Below are positions 22,898-34,700 of a stretch of 64,000 bases of DNA, one piece after another. The stretch spans positions 186,001-250,000 of the forward strand of contig BROI01000031.1 in the NCBI GenBank assembly GCA_027923505.1. Reading direction: 5' to 3'. This stretch comes from Mayamaea pseudoterrestris. Lineage: Eukaryota. Under the pieces are notes generated by a model that did no database searches, had not been told where the DNA came from, and was given only the letters and a program-made list of their open reading frames with translations. Both the position numbers and the translations under genes were made by a program. How positions within the stretch are numbered: position 1 is the first letter of the stretch; each line of letters begins with the position of its first letter.

Positions 22898-24231
22898 TGT
22901 TTGGCATTTCAACAGTTTGCGGGCAAATTAGGGAAACGATCAAACTTTAAGGTAACGTCTTTTGCTTCTGGCACCTCTGAGCCTTCTTTCAACTGAAACT
23001 CATGCGCTTCCTTTATCTCTCCATCTTCGCAATATGAAGTAAAGTGAAAGCGTCGAGTGGATTGCCCAACAGCTGCTCGTCCTATGCAGCCATTGCCTCT
23101 TATTTTCTTGCAAATTAAGATCCTTGTCTCCTGATTAACTATTCTTATACAGCAGTCCAGGAAGCTGGCCAAAACGGACAATCTGGCGTGGAGTTCCTAG
23201 ATTGCGATCAAGCTTGCGGATCGCCAGATTTAGGCTGTAGACGTATGGCAGCAGCTGCAACTTGACAGTCTGTGTCATGCATCCTTCATAAGTAGTAACC
23301 TTCGAAATGGTGCGCAGGGAAAATATCAAGAATCGATTTTGCAGCGTGACGAATGTGGTTTTCAAAAACTCGCCATATTTTGCAACTTGTGAATAATCTG
23401 TCTTCTGGTCCATCAACATATCCGCATCATCTATATTAAGTATAACCGAGCTGTTGCCAAGCCACTCCTTGATCTCCCATGGATCAAAGATGTAACCTTG
23501 CTCATAAAAGGTTTCAAAAGCTTGTTGCCGGTTGTTGCATTGGCCCGGATCAATGCTTGCTTCAAATGCAATTCGCCGGCAAAGTGCTTGCAATGGATTA
23601 GACTTTTCTTCGTCTCGCACAAACGAGTGCTCACTATAACTGATATAGAGTACAGAGACCGGCATATGTGGAAGGTTGATGCCACGATTAATTTTGTTCG
23701 CAATTTCTTTCAAACTTCTTGACTTTCCACCGCCTGTGCATCGTACAACTGCCATTGTGCGTGCTTCATCATAATATTTTGTTAGTTCCTTCCTTATCGT
23801 CGCAGTGATGTTGCTCATCCAATCAGGCTCACAAACGAAGTTGGCAGGTTCGGTTTCGTTTATAACGGGCGGAAGTATAAGCTCCACATTTTGTAGTGAG
23901 CTGTAGTCAAATGTTTTGCCTTGTTCAGCTGTTGCATGATTCGTCGTCTCTGGATGCTCGTCAATCATTGAGTAAACATGTCTGCTCGTCAGCCTGCGAA
24001 AGTTATTTATGCCGACAACATCTTTGGTGTCTTTGTCACGCAAACAAGCCAGCGCATTTATTGCTAAGAACCTCTGTAATGATTTGGTGCTTGTCATGTT
24101 CACATCGACAATTGTTCCATTGCTGGCTTGGCATGTTATCGATTTGGTTTCGAAACTGCTTTGAACGTTGTTCCAAATTGCGAGAGGGAATAACAAAGCC
24201 TCGCGCATATTCAGCACAAACTAAGAGTGTA

Positions 24232-24415
24232 TGTCGTAAGTCAAATATACTGTGCTCCACACTGTAGGTAAAATATGGAATGCCACGGAATCGAACCATG
24301 GATAACCGGTTATACTACTCCTAATCATCCCACCCTACCTAGGATGCACCCCGTATATGACTACTGACCACAGACACTTGAGACGTTGAGTACCACGGGA
24401 TATCATATTCCGACA
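24232..24415 (-). repeat. 3' LTR of TRIM-like element (184 bp)
   Basis: Matches 37891-38074 except one C/T difference. Confidence 0.92.
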
Positions 24416-24511
24416 CCCTCCTTACTCCACGATCTCACAGTGAAATGACTTCTGTAGCTACCCGCTACTCACAAGTCAAAGTTCGGCGCTGCCTGCGACT
24501 CGAACCCTGGC

Positions 24512-24708
24512 TGATCGATCCAGTAATGGAGATGCTATTATGCTTATTGTGACTATGATATTACAGCCGAGAAAGATCCATTCTCGGGATTGCGGGATCT
24601 CAAGAGTCTCTTGGAGGATTCGCATAGGTAGATCCGGGATCAGCTATCCCTTCTCATTGCGCTTCTTGTTGAAGTCGCAGTCGTGTCGCATAGAGTCTCG
24701 ATACGACA
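24512..24708 (-). repeat. 3' LTR of gypsy element (197 bp)
   Basis: Reads identical to 37664-37860. Confidence 0.92.
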
Positions 24709-24881
24709 CTCTCCCCAACTGGTGGAGACGTTTACGTCTCTTCTTGACAATCTTTGTTGTTGCTTCTACAATATAACATCGCGACAGCCATCGTCTTGAG
24801 AGGGCCTTATTTAAATGACTCTTCAATGCGCGAGCCTTAGGGAAATTTGCTCAAACCCGTTGCTTCTTGCAATTTTGCTCG

Positions 24882-27800
24882 TCAAGCTCGATATGGTTTC
24901 AATTTCCGTATGTTTACTCGGTTGGTTACCATCGGCGTCAACTGAAGGGTAACTGTGCCATTGGTATGGACTTGTGTAATGGTGTAAGGGCCGATCCATC
25001 GCTCTTTAAGCTTGTCGGGATCGGGAATCTTCATCAAGACTTGGTCTCCTTGCTTGTAATCGTACGTCAAACGTCGTCGATTTGCTTTAATCAATGCTTC
25101 ATTGATCGCTGCTTCTCGCTTGTTTGTTATGGCCATTATATCCGCTATCAACGGAATGTCGAGATACATGTCTCTTTGGAATACGACAGCGCCTGGTGAT
25201 AGATTGTTGAGCGCCTTGCTCGCTGCTGCTCGAGTCGCATGCATCGCAGTTGCAAACGCTTGTTCCACAAGCTCTGTTACGTCCATTATCGCCTGCGGCG
25301 GGTGAGCGTGCATTAAGGTACGTATCACGTTGGCAATGGTTTGGTGTACTCGCTCGCAAATTGCGTTTGCTGTTGGATTCTTTACAGAAGTTGGACGCGC
25401 AACGATTCCATTGGCGTCAAGTAAACGACGAAACTCGCCGCGAAACTCGTTCCCTCTATCATGGATGACTCGCATTGGCCGTGGATAGCGTGCAAGCCAA
25501 TTGTTTTCAAAGAGCTGCGCTATTCTAGCAGCAGTGCGTCGATCGTAACGTACAATCTCAACGAGGTTGGTTACGGGGTCAATCATGGTCAACGCTTGGA
25601 AGGAATACTTGATTCCTTGTAACTTAATTTTCCACGGTCCTATTAGATCTATTTGTACTTCGTACCATGGTGCTTCTCGCACATCTCTTTGTGGTAGTTT
25701 TGTCCGTAATGCTGTCCTCCAGCTTTGTACCTTTGGCATGCGTCGCATTTGCCGACGATCGCCTCAATCGTTCGCCTCAATTGAGGATGATGAAAGTGTT
25801 GATTTATTGTAGCATCGAGCCTTGTCATCCCTGTGTGCGACAGAGACGTATGATACCATTGTATCAAAGGTTCAAGCATATTGGTTGGTATACAGATGCG
25901 CCAGGCAACTGGATTGTCGGGTGGTTCATATACAATCAATTGAACGTCATCAAACGCTCGCCATTTGACTGCCACAATTTGCTCATTCTGAACAGCTTCT
26001 CTAAGCTCCAAGTCTTCGTCTTGGTACGCGCGTATTGTGTTATATGATAATGGATGATTTCCTTCGTCGTCAAACGATGGATGGAGCAAAAAGCAATCTG
26101 CAAGCTCGTCGTCTTCAAGTAGACTCGTAGCGGCATCGTCGCTCGTTGTTGTTGTTCCATTAAGCTCTAATGGATTAAGACTCGTGCTTGTATTCTCCCC
26201 AACTGGAGAGGATGTACGGTTCGTTGGTGTTCTAGACAAAGCGTCGGCGACGGTATTGTCTTCTCCTTTACAATAGAAGAATTGCGGACCGTATTCCTCC
26301 AAATACAGTCTCCATCGCAGGACGCGCTGCGTTTGGTAAGTGGTTAACTCGTGAGTTAAGTTTTTATGGTCTGTATGTATCTGTATTACTGCTCCGAGGA
26401 GCATCGACCGGAACGTTTTCAACGTTTCAACAATGGAGAGGATCTCCTTTTCAATCGTTGTATAATTGCGTTGCGCAGTCGTCAACTTGCGCGAGTAGTA
26501 AGCAACTGGCACGCCGCCTTGCTTTATTACCGCTCCCAGCTGGTAATCAGAGGCATCTGTCTCTATTACAAAGGGTAAATTGTGTCGCTTGCCACCATCG
26601 CTTTCATTTGCTCAAACGCCTGTTGATGCTCGTCGTTCCAAACGAACGTTTTCGCTCCAGTTAAATTCGTTAACGGAGCAAGTATATGCGAGCGCTTCGG
26701 CCACATTGTTCTGTAGTAAGTTACCAGTCCGATAAAGGATCGCAGCTGCGATATGTTCTTTGGTGCGTCCATATCAAGGATCGCTTGAATCTTCTTGCGC
26801 CATGGTTTCAATCCAACTGGAGTGAGCCAATAACCCAACCAGTCGGTCTCCTTGACCGCCCATTCACACTTGAGTGGATTGATTGTAAAACCAGCCTCCT
26901 CGAGGCGAGTTAACACTTGCTCAAGCAGGGCAAGATGGTCGTTCCAATTGTCGCTAAAGCAACCGACGTCGTCAAGGTACTTTTCAACAGCTTCAATTCC
27001 TTTCAATACTCGTTCCATTATCTCTTGCGATACGTCAGTCGCTTGTTTAACGCCCATCGGCATTCGTTTATAACGATACAAGCCAAACGGCGTTGCAATC
27101 GTGCAGAGCTTGCTGCTCTCTTCGTCCAGCTCGAACGTGTAGTATTGCATGCTTATATCAAGCTTCGTGAAGAACTCATATCCTTTGCGCTTCGCTAGGA
27201 TATCTTGTATCCTCGGCAGAGGATATACCTTGCGCTTGATTACTTTATTAAGCGCTCGAAAGTCGGAAACAAAACGTACGGTACCGTCCTTCTTGGGGAT
27301 TATAAATGTGGGCGCCGCCCACTCGCTGCGTCCGCATGGTTCAAGGACTCCAATCTTTACGAGTCGATCCAGTTCAGCTTTAAACGTTTTCTCATGTACC
27401 TTCGGCACCGGATAGTGTCGTTTGTGTACAGGGACGGCGTCCTTGTCAACTTCCAAATGAACTTGTTCGTTGGGGTAATGGCCAAGCTTGCCAGAAAATA
27501 GATCAGGAAACTTATTGAGTAGCTCCAACAAGTCTTGTCGTTGCTCGTCAGTCAAGTGAGTAGCCTTGGCGACAACTTCATCGATATTCGCCTTGTCGTA
27601 CTTGGCTGCTTGTATTTCTGTTGCAAACGCCTCTTCGTCTGCATCCTCGCTCAAGCCGAGCAAGTATCTATTGAGCAGCGCATCGCGCACTTGTTTAGGG
27701 CGTCGACCCATTTGATTGAGCTCTTCGGCTCGCATCATTGGAGCGACATCGTCGTCCCACTTGATAACGTTGTCATTAAAGTCAATGATGAATTTCAATT

Positions 27801-28272
27801 CCTGTAATAAACCTCGACCGATGATCATGTCGTATGAGACATCCTTTTCAAACACGTGTGCTTTAAAGTCGCCAATCCGTTTCGATTGCGATAAATCGGG
27901 CATCGCCGCACTTGTTATGGTAACGATTCGAGAGCTTTCTAGCCTTCCTGCCAGTGTGTCGGATATCGTACGTCCTGTACTGGTCGTGCTCACTGCCGGC
28001 GGGAGAAGTCGCTGATTGATCCAAGAAGAAGTGGAACCTGAATCAAGGAGCGCAGTTAAATGTCGTTTAACTGGATGCCCGTTAACCTTGCCTACAACGA
28101 GTAGTACAACAGGCACGTAGTCATCAACGTTCTCGTTATTGTTATTATTGCTATCCTCAGCGTTCATCTGGTCGTCGCCAGTGCTATTAGACGCGATCTC
28201 GTCATCCTCAATACCGAAATCACCGATATAATGGTTGTCGTCCTCCTTCTTCTCCTCCTCGTGCTCGCCGAC
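24882..28272 (-). pseudogene. Gypsy pol (PR-RT-RNaseH-INT), frameshifts near 26580 and 25700
   Basis: SEWAAPTFIIPKKDG, DFRALN, RMPMG, YLDD, PVAYYSRKL, QIDLIGP, HDRGNEF, NAICERVH. The 26580 break looks like a short deletion in the RT-RNaseH junction. Confidence 0.9.
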
Positions 28273-28661
28273 AGTGAAGAATGCTTGATGCAATCTACTT
28301 GAGTACGATGAAAGGAGATGCTTTGTGAAATGCAACTGTTGCTTTATAGTGTTATGGACCAACCAGACTATCAGATTGTGAGCGAGATTTGAGCGAACAA
28401 GTTGCAAAACCATCGCCCGAGGCGTTGGGCGAAAACTACAGTTATGCATGCCAAACGGATTGCCTCAACTGATTCCCTATGTAATAATAGACCGTTTGAC
28501 AGTGTAACCATGCTTGCGAGAGGTTGGGGCATGCCTTTACTAGCAAGGCGTTGCCATGGTGAAGCAAGCAACATGAAGAACATTCCGACCACACATGATG
28601 GGTGTCGAAACGGACCCGGAGTACCGGAGAGATATGAACCCGATCCGAAGATACCTTAACT
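28273..28661 (-). repeat. 3' LTR of copia family B (389 bp)
   Basis: Reads identical to 36200-36588. Confidence 0.93.
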
Positions 28662-28757
28662 CGCCCTTGCGCTTGAATGCAGGCAAATAGGAACGGGAAT
28701 GTAAAATGTAGTTATTTGAATGTAGAGGTGTAGTGATGTAGAAGAAGCAGCAGGAGC

Positions 28758-31700
28758 TTAATTGTGTTGGACGCTTCTGCGGTTCTTGAGGAACACATCC
28801 TTGGAGAGACCCTTGGTGAGGTAGTCTGCCAGCTGATCGGCTGACTTAACCATGCAGATAGAGAATTCGCCTTGCTCATGGTGGCGCCAAAACCAATGGA
28901 ACTTGACCAACATGTGCTTGGTGCGGTTGGTGAGGCGCTTATTGACGGCAAGGTAGAAGGCGCCTTGGTTATCCTGGTAGGCACGAGCGCTCACGCAAGT
29001 TGCTGTAGGACTGGGAAGGCGGAGGGTCTGAAGGACTTCCATAAGGATGCGCTTGAGAGGGAGAAGGGCTTTAAGACCAAGGGAGAGTGCACAGTACTCG
29101 GCTTCCAGAGTTGAAAGGGCAATCTCGGTCTGTAGCTGGGATTTCCAAACAAGCGGGCAGCTACCGAGAAGAATGATGTAGCCTGTACGAGAGCGGACTG
29201 CTGTTGCAGAATGGTCGGGTTCCTGTTTATACAAACCAGCATAGTCGGCATCTGTATATAGATCAAGATTGAAGGAACCATTTGGCTTCATGACGGTGCC
29301 AATGGTGCGGGATCCCTTGAGGTAACGGACAATCGTTTTAACAGCTCTCGCATGAGTCTGCTTGGGACCGTGGTTGAAACGTGCCACTTGACTGACGGCG
29401 TAGGCAATGTCCGGGCGGGTATTGATGGCAAGATAGAGGAGCATGCCAACAACAGAAGGGTAGGACCAGCTTTCTTGCATGTAGGCTCCGTCGGGGTCGG
29501 TGCCAAGGGCAAGCTGGGTAGCAGGGACACTGTTGGGGTTGGACTCGGCAAGGCCAGTGGCAGTGATAATCTTGTCAATCAATCCTTGTTGGGTGAGAGT
29601 GTAGGTCCCTTTAGCATCATCACGTACAAGCTTGATGCCAAGGTACTCGCAAAGGGAGTCTTCCTGAGTGAGTTCAAGACCAAGGGACCGGAGCTTTGCA
29701 ACAAAGTCGTTGACAACCTTAGGAGTCTTGCCAATGATAGCTAAATCGTCCACATAGCACCCACACACTAGACCAAGGCCAAAGAACAAGCATTGGTCAA
29801 AGGAGCTTTGTATGAGACCAAGGCTTTTCAAGGCGCTGCACAGGTGTTGAAACCAGAGTCGGGGTGCAACGGACAAGCCGTAGAGGCTCTTCTTGAGGCG
29901 CAGGCAGTGGTTGGGGCCTTTGGTTGAGTTGAAACCTCGAGGAATGTGAATCCAAACTGGCTTATCCAACTCAGCTTGGACAAAGGCACTTGCAAAGTCG
30001 ACGGTGCAGGCATGCCAGTCAAGGGTCAGGGCAAACACTAGGAGGAGGCGAATGGTAGACCAGGCCACAACCGGGGCAAAGGTGTCAAATGAGCCTTCCT
30101 CAAGGTCACCACGGACACAGAAGCGAGCTTTGTATTTCTTGATTGTGCCATCGGGTGAACGCTTGCGGCGGAAGACCCAGGTGCCGGGGATGATCCTGCT
30201 CTTGGCCTCAGACTTGGGGACTTCAATCCATGTGCCTTTTGACTGTAGGGATGTGATTTCTCCTTCTGCAGCCTTGAGCCAGTGATCTCGGTGAGATACA
30301 TCGCACATTGCCTCATCCCAGGAAAGGGTATCAGGGTCAGAGGCAGCAGCTTTGTAAATGGCTGGCGCTGGGATGCGGAAGGCGGAATACAGGGAGGCAA
30401 AATGGGCATACTCAGCCACTTTTTCAGTGTAGGCGAACATGGCTGGAAGGCCAAGGCGCGGGTAGGTAAGTCGATCGGGTTGAACGCCAAAATTGGAGCG
30501 ACTAGAGCGTCTTGGTTCATGCTGTGTAGCTGGAGCCGGCGGAGGTGCAGGTGACGACGGAGGTGCGGATTCGTTCGCCCTTGGGTCGTGCAAAATGGGA
30601 GAGGGCGCCCTTGTTGGAGGCGGACTAGGCGCCCTTGCAGGAGGAGGACTAGGCGCCCTTGGAGGAGGCGAACTTGGCGCCCTTGTAGGAGGAGGACTGG
30701 GCGCTCTTGGTACCGCTAGCGTAGCTGGCGCCGGTGCTGGCGGGAGCTGTGCCCAGGTTGGCTCAGGAGGAGGAGGAATGGGAAGGACGCGAGGGGGACT
30801 GTTGCGTTCGAAGGCATTCTGTACCCTGTCGATCCTTTGACTTGCAGCTTCAGTAATGGGAGGTGTAGCATCATCCGGTGTTGCAGGCAGAGACTCGGGT
30901 TCGTCGGTTGGAATGTACTGGTAGGCGCTTTCGCCAAACATCTTGTCCCAGGCTGGGGTGTTGAAGTCAGGCAAACTGGACGGTTCCGAGGTAACTGTAG
31001 CAAACCAGTCATCAAAGACAACATGGAACTGTGGCGTAATAGCTCCTGTTGCAGGATTTAGGACCAAAGGGACAGAGCTGGCGTGACTGTCGCTCATACC
31101 CATGAAGATGCAGCGCTTGGAGCGGGGTGACCACCTTGGAAGCTTCTGGCCATCAGAAAGGCGCTTTTCAAGGACATACACTGGGCATCCCCATACATGG
31201 AGGTCATGGAACTTGGCTTGAGGCCAGCGAGTCCTGGTAAAGAGGTCATGGGGACTCACACCGCTTTGCAGGTCTGGCATCTTGTTCCAAAGGAAGACGG
31301 CGTAGCTGCAGGCCATGGGCCACAGATTAGGATCAGAGACTTCACTCCAGTGGATGGAGGCATGCAGCATCATAGCACGCGAGATGCTCATGATTGTTTG
31401 GATACTGCGCTCTGCAATGCCATTGTGATGGTGGGCTCCAGTGCCAGCAAACCTGCTAACTTGAGCAAAGGTGGACAAATGCTGCGCAAATGCTTGGGAG
31501 GTAAAGGCTCTTCCATTGTCTGAAAGATACTCTTGAGGAAGGACTCCAAAGTCACGGCATTTGAGCTCAAAGGCCTCCTTGGCTGCAAGCGTTTCGTCAG
31601 AATTGAGGTGCTTCTGGAACTCAATGTGGACAAAGCCAGTAGCATGATCCACAAAGATGCAACCACCACTGAAGAGCTCAGTTTCTTGAGACTTGCCTCT

Positions 31701-34700
31701 AGAGTTGAATAGGCGGCCTTTTGTAGAGCAAATGAAGTGGTCCACACTGACGCGCTGCCCTGGAAACAGATTGTCGCGCCGTAGGACACCCGCTCGGTCT
31801 TTAACTGCTTGAGACTGAATGCCTGGGGTTGCGCGGACCTTTTGCTTGGCATATTGACAGGCAGCACACATTGGAGGGTGAATGATGCGGGAGCTAAGGG
31901 CATGGAGCCTGCGCTGGGCCTCTGAATGGGAGAGGGTGCCACTGCGCATCAGGAACTGGATCCGGTTGAAGGCGAGATGGCCAAGGCGGAAATGCCATCT
32001 AAGGAGCTCCTTTTCAGACTCACTGAGGTTCTTGTTGATGTTTGAAAGGACGGAAGGAGCTGGGGTGACTGCAAGGCAATATGGAGAGCCTGGGGCACTT
32101 GGCGCGCCAGATGGTGGAGAAGAAGGCGGATCATGGTCTCGAGGGCCTTGTGGAGAACCAGGAGATGAGCCACTTGAGCCTCCTTCGCCTTGTGATTGGT
32201 CAGAAGGTGAGCTTGGCGCTGGACCAGGTGGAGGGCCAGGTGTTCCAGGATCGATGTAAAAGGCATTTGGGCCAGAATCATTGTCAATGGCGTAGGCAGT
32301 GGGCAAGTTTGAATCAGGATCCACCAAGACTTCAATCCCATTGTTGGTAATGGATCCATCCTCATGCGTGGTAGACTTGGTTCCACTTAGGTAGATAGCA
32401 TGCTCATCTCCATATATGAATTCCTCTGGGTATTGCTGCAGCAAGTTGGAGGTACTGAGCAACCGAACCTTTCCAGTAGGAACGTAATATGCAGGGAGTT
32501 TGAGGGTGCGCCGCATGCCTCCATTGTCAAGGAAGGTCCAGGCAACACATCCCCTGCCTGCAATGCGACCAGGTTGAAACAATCCATTGATAAATGCTCC
32601 CTCAGGAGGCGTTTCAATTGGACCAACAAAGTCAGAGCGGCATGGAGAAAGGGAGATGCTGGCGCCTGAATCCCAAATCACTTTGAACTGCTCTTCTTTA
32701 GCCTTGGGCTTAGAGTCAATGAAGTTAGGATTGCGGCGGATGGCTGCCAATGTCTGACGGATCCAGTCGGGCAATGCCTCTCGCTCAGAGGAGGAAAGGC
32801 TCAAGACGTAGGCAGAAGCAAGATAGCTAATGGGAGGGACGTGAACGGCGTCTGGTGATGGACTTGGCAGATGGCTTGGTCTCGTGCTGGGTTGACAAGT
32901 ATTCCCCCGTTTAGGATCACGGGAGGGGCTGCGAGACTGGTCTCTTCCAAGGGACTTGCCTTTACGGGAACGGCCTCGGCCTCGGCCTCGGCGGCCTCGA
33001 CGGCGGGATTTAGGGACTTGAGGGACTGGAAGAGGCGGCGGAGGAGGAGGAGCCACAGCAACACAGCGGTCGCACTTGTTGCGGCGCTGGCGGCGGCGGC
33101 GCTTGTTGCGGGGAGAGGCAGGTACATACCGAGGATATTGAGGATCCACATGGCCAATCATTGCATTTGGATCCAGGAGTGCCCGTTGAAGGTGTAAAGG
33201 GACAGTCGCAGGCCTCGCATGGCATCTTCCCCCGTTGGCAGGCCAGTAGGAGAGCCAGTAGGCAAAGTGCCGAGCAAACCACCGTGTGAGGCGCCGGTCA
33301 AAATGATCCATCAAAAGGAAGGCTTCCCACCAGACAGACCTTTGAATACCTCGCCAGGCAGTGCGACTCAAGGCGCGGTAGGCACGGTAAGGCAGGAGGA
33401 GGCGCCGCAAGTATGGGGCAGGTTGGCATCCAAGTAGGCCTCGACGAAGGCGGCGGTAGGCGGCGCGGTACCAGCAGCCGAGGAGAACCAATCCAGCAAG
33501 GAGGAACCACAAAATGAAAGGTTCAATGAGCTCCCAGTGCATCCAGTAGAAGAAGAGGGTGGCATGCACAAGGGAGAGGCTGGAGCTGGCGAGCTCAAGG
33601 AGCGAGGAGGCCAGAAGGGTGACGGCAGGCACAGGCACACCAATGGCTTCCTTAAACCGAGAGGCAGTCTCCTGAAGGTGAATGGTGGCGGTAGGCAAGG
33701 CAGGCTCAGGAACTGGGGTGAACACGGGCGGAAACCACTCATAAACTTGGCTGAGTGTAGGGCTTGGAGCTGGGGTCACAGCAGGGCGGAGAGCGACAAA
33801 CGGGGCAAATGCATCAGCCTTGGGAGCACACAGGCTCAAAAGGAGCAAGGTACCAACAGCAATCTTGGCAGACTTGGGGAACCGAGAGGGACTGCTGTGG
33901 GACCGAGCAGGGCGCTTTGCCTTGTTGGTGCTGGGAACGGTGGAGGCACTGTGAGTGGAGGCACTGTGACCGGATTCACTGTCAGATCCCCCGTCAAGGG
34001 TCAAATCCACAACCGTTTCAGTTAAATCAATGACAGTAGGAGCTGCAGCCACGGGAGGAGGAACTGTAGGAGGGCCATCAGGAATGATGCGAGGAGGCGC
34101 CACCCAACGGTTCACAAGTGGGGCAGCAACTGGGACAGTGGCAGGATCAGGCGACGGGGCAGACCAGCGCTTTTGGAACTCAACTTGCGCCAGGTTAACA
34201 TAAGGGACCACCCACTCATTGGGATCATGCACATTTGCAAGGTTTGCCTGATGAGTAGGAGGCTCCTTGGGTGGGTTCTTCATGGTGCGCGTGTCCTTGT
34301 GCTCCTTGGTGCAATGGGTGCCATACCGAGTGCAATAGCCACACCAGAGCTTGGAGTCCTGGTTGGAGGAGGAACGGCCCTTTTTGCCGTTGGAGGAGCG
34401 GTTGTTGTTGCCTTTGTTGCCCTTGCCATTATTGTTCTGACGGGAGGAGTTGCCTTTGCCTTGGTTGCCTTGATTGCCTCGACCAGAACCAGAATGGGAG
34501 GGCTTGCTGGGTCCACCGGAGCCACCACCGTTGGAACCACCATCCTTCTTCGGGTTGAAATGCTCATCCTTTTTGGGGCAGTCGGCAATTTGGTGCGCCA
34601 TGGAACCGCATACAAAACAGCCGCGCTGGGCAAGGGTGGAGCGGGAGGAGCTCTGGGACTTGGTATTGAGCTCGAGGAGATTGGCTTGGGGAACCCGCGA

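Noticed and set aside
24416..24511. tRNA gene or tRNA-derived SINE inside the TRIM
   Set aside because: Only a B-box-like decamer; no cloverleaf or convincing A box.
24232..24708. Hammerhead ribozyme (retrozyme) in the TRIM or gypsy LTRs
   Set aside because: No CUGANGA...GAAA core with matching stems found by eye on either strand.
26566..28449. 627-aa ORF as an intact pol gene with a novel N-terminus
   Set aside because: Its first ~59 residues come from the copia B LTR; it is a junction artefact.
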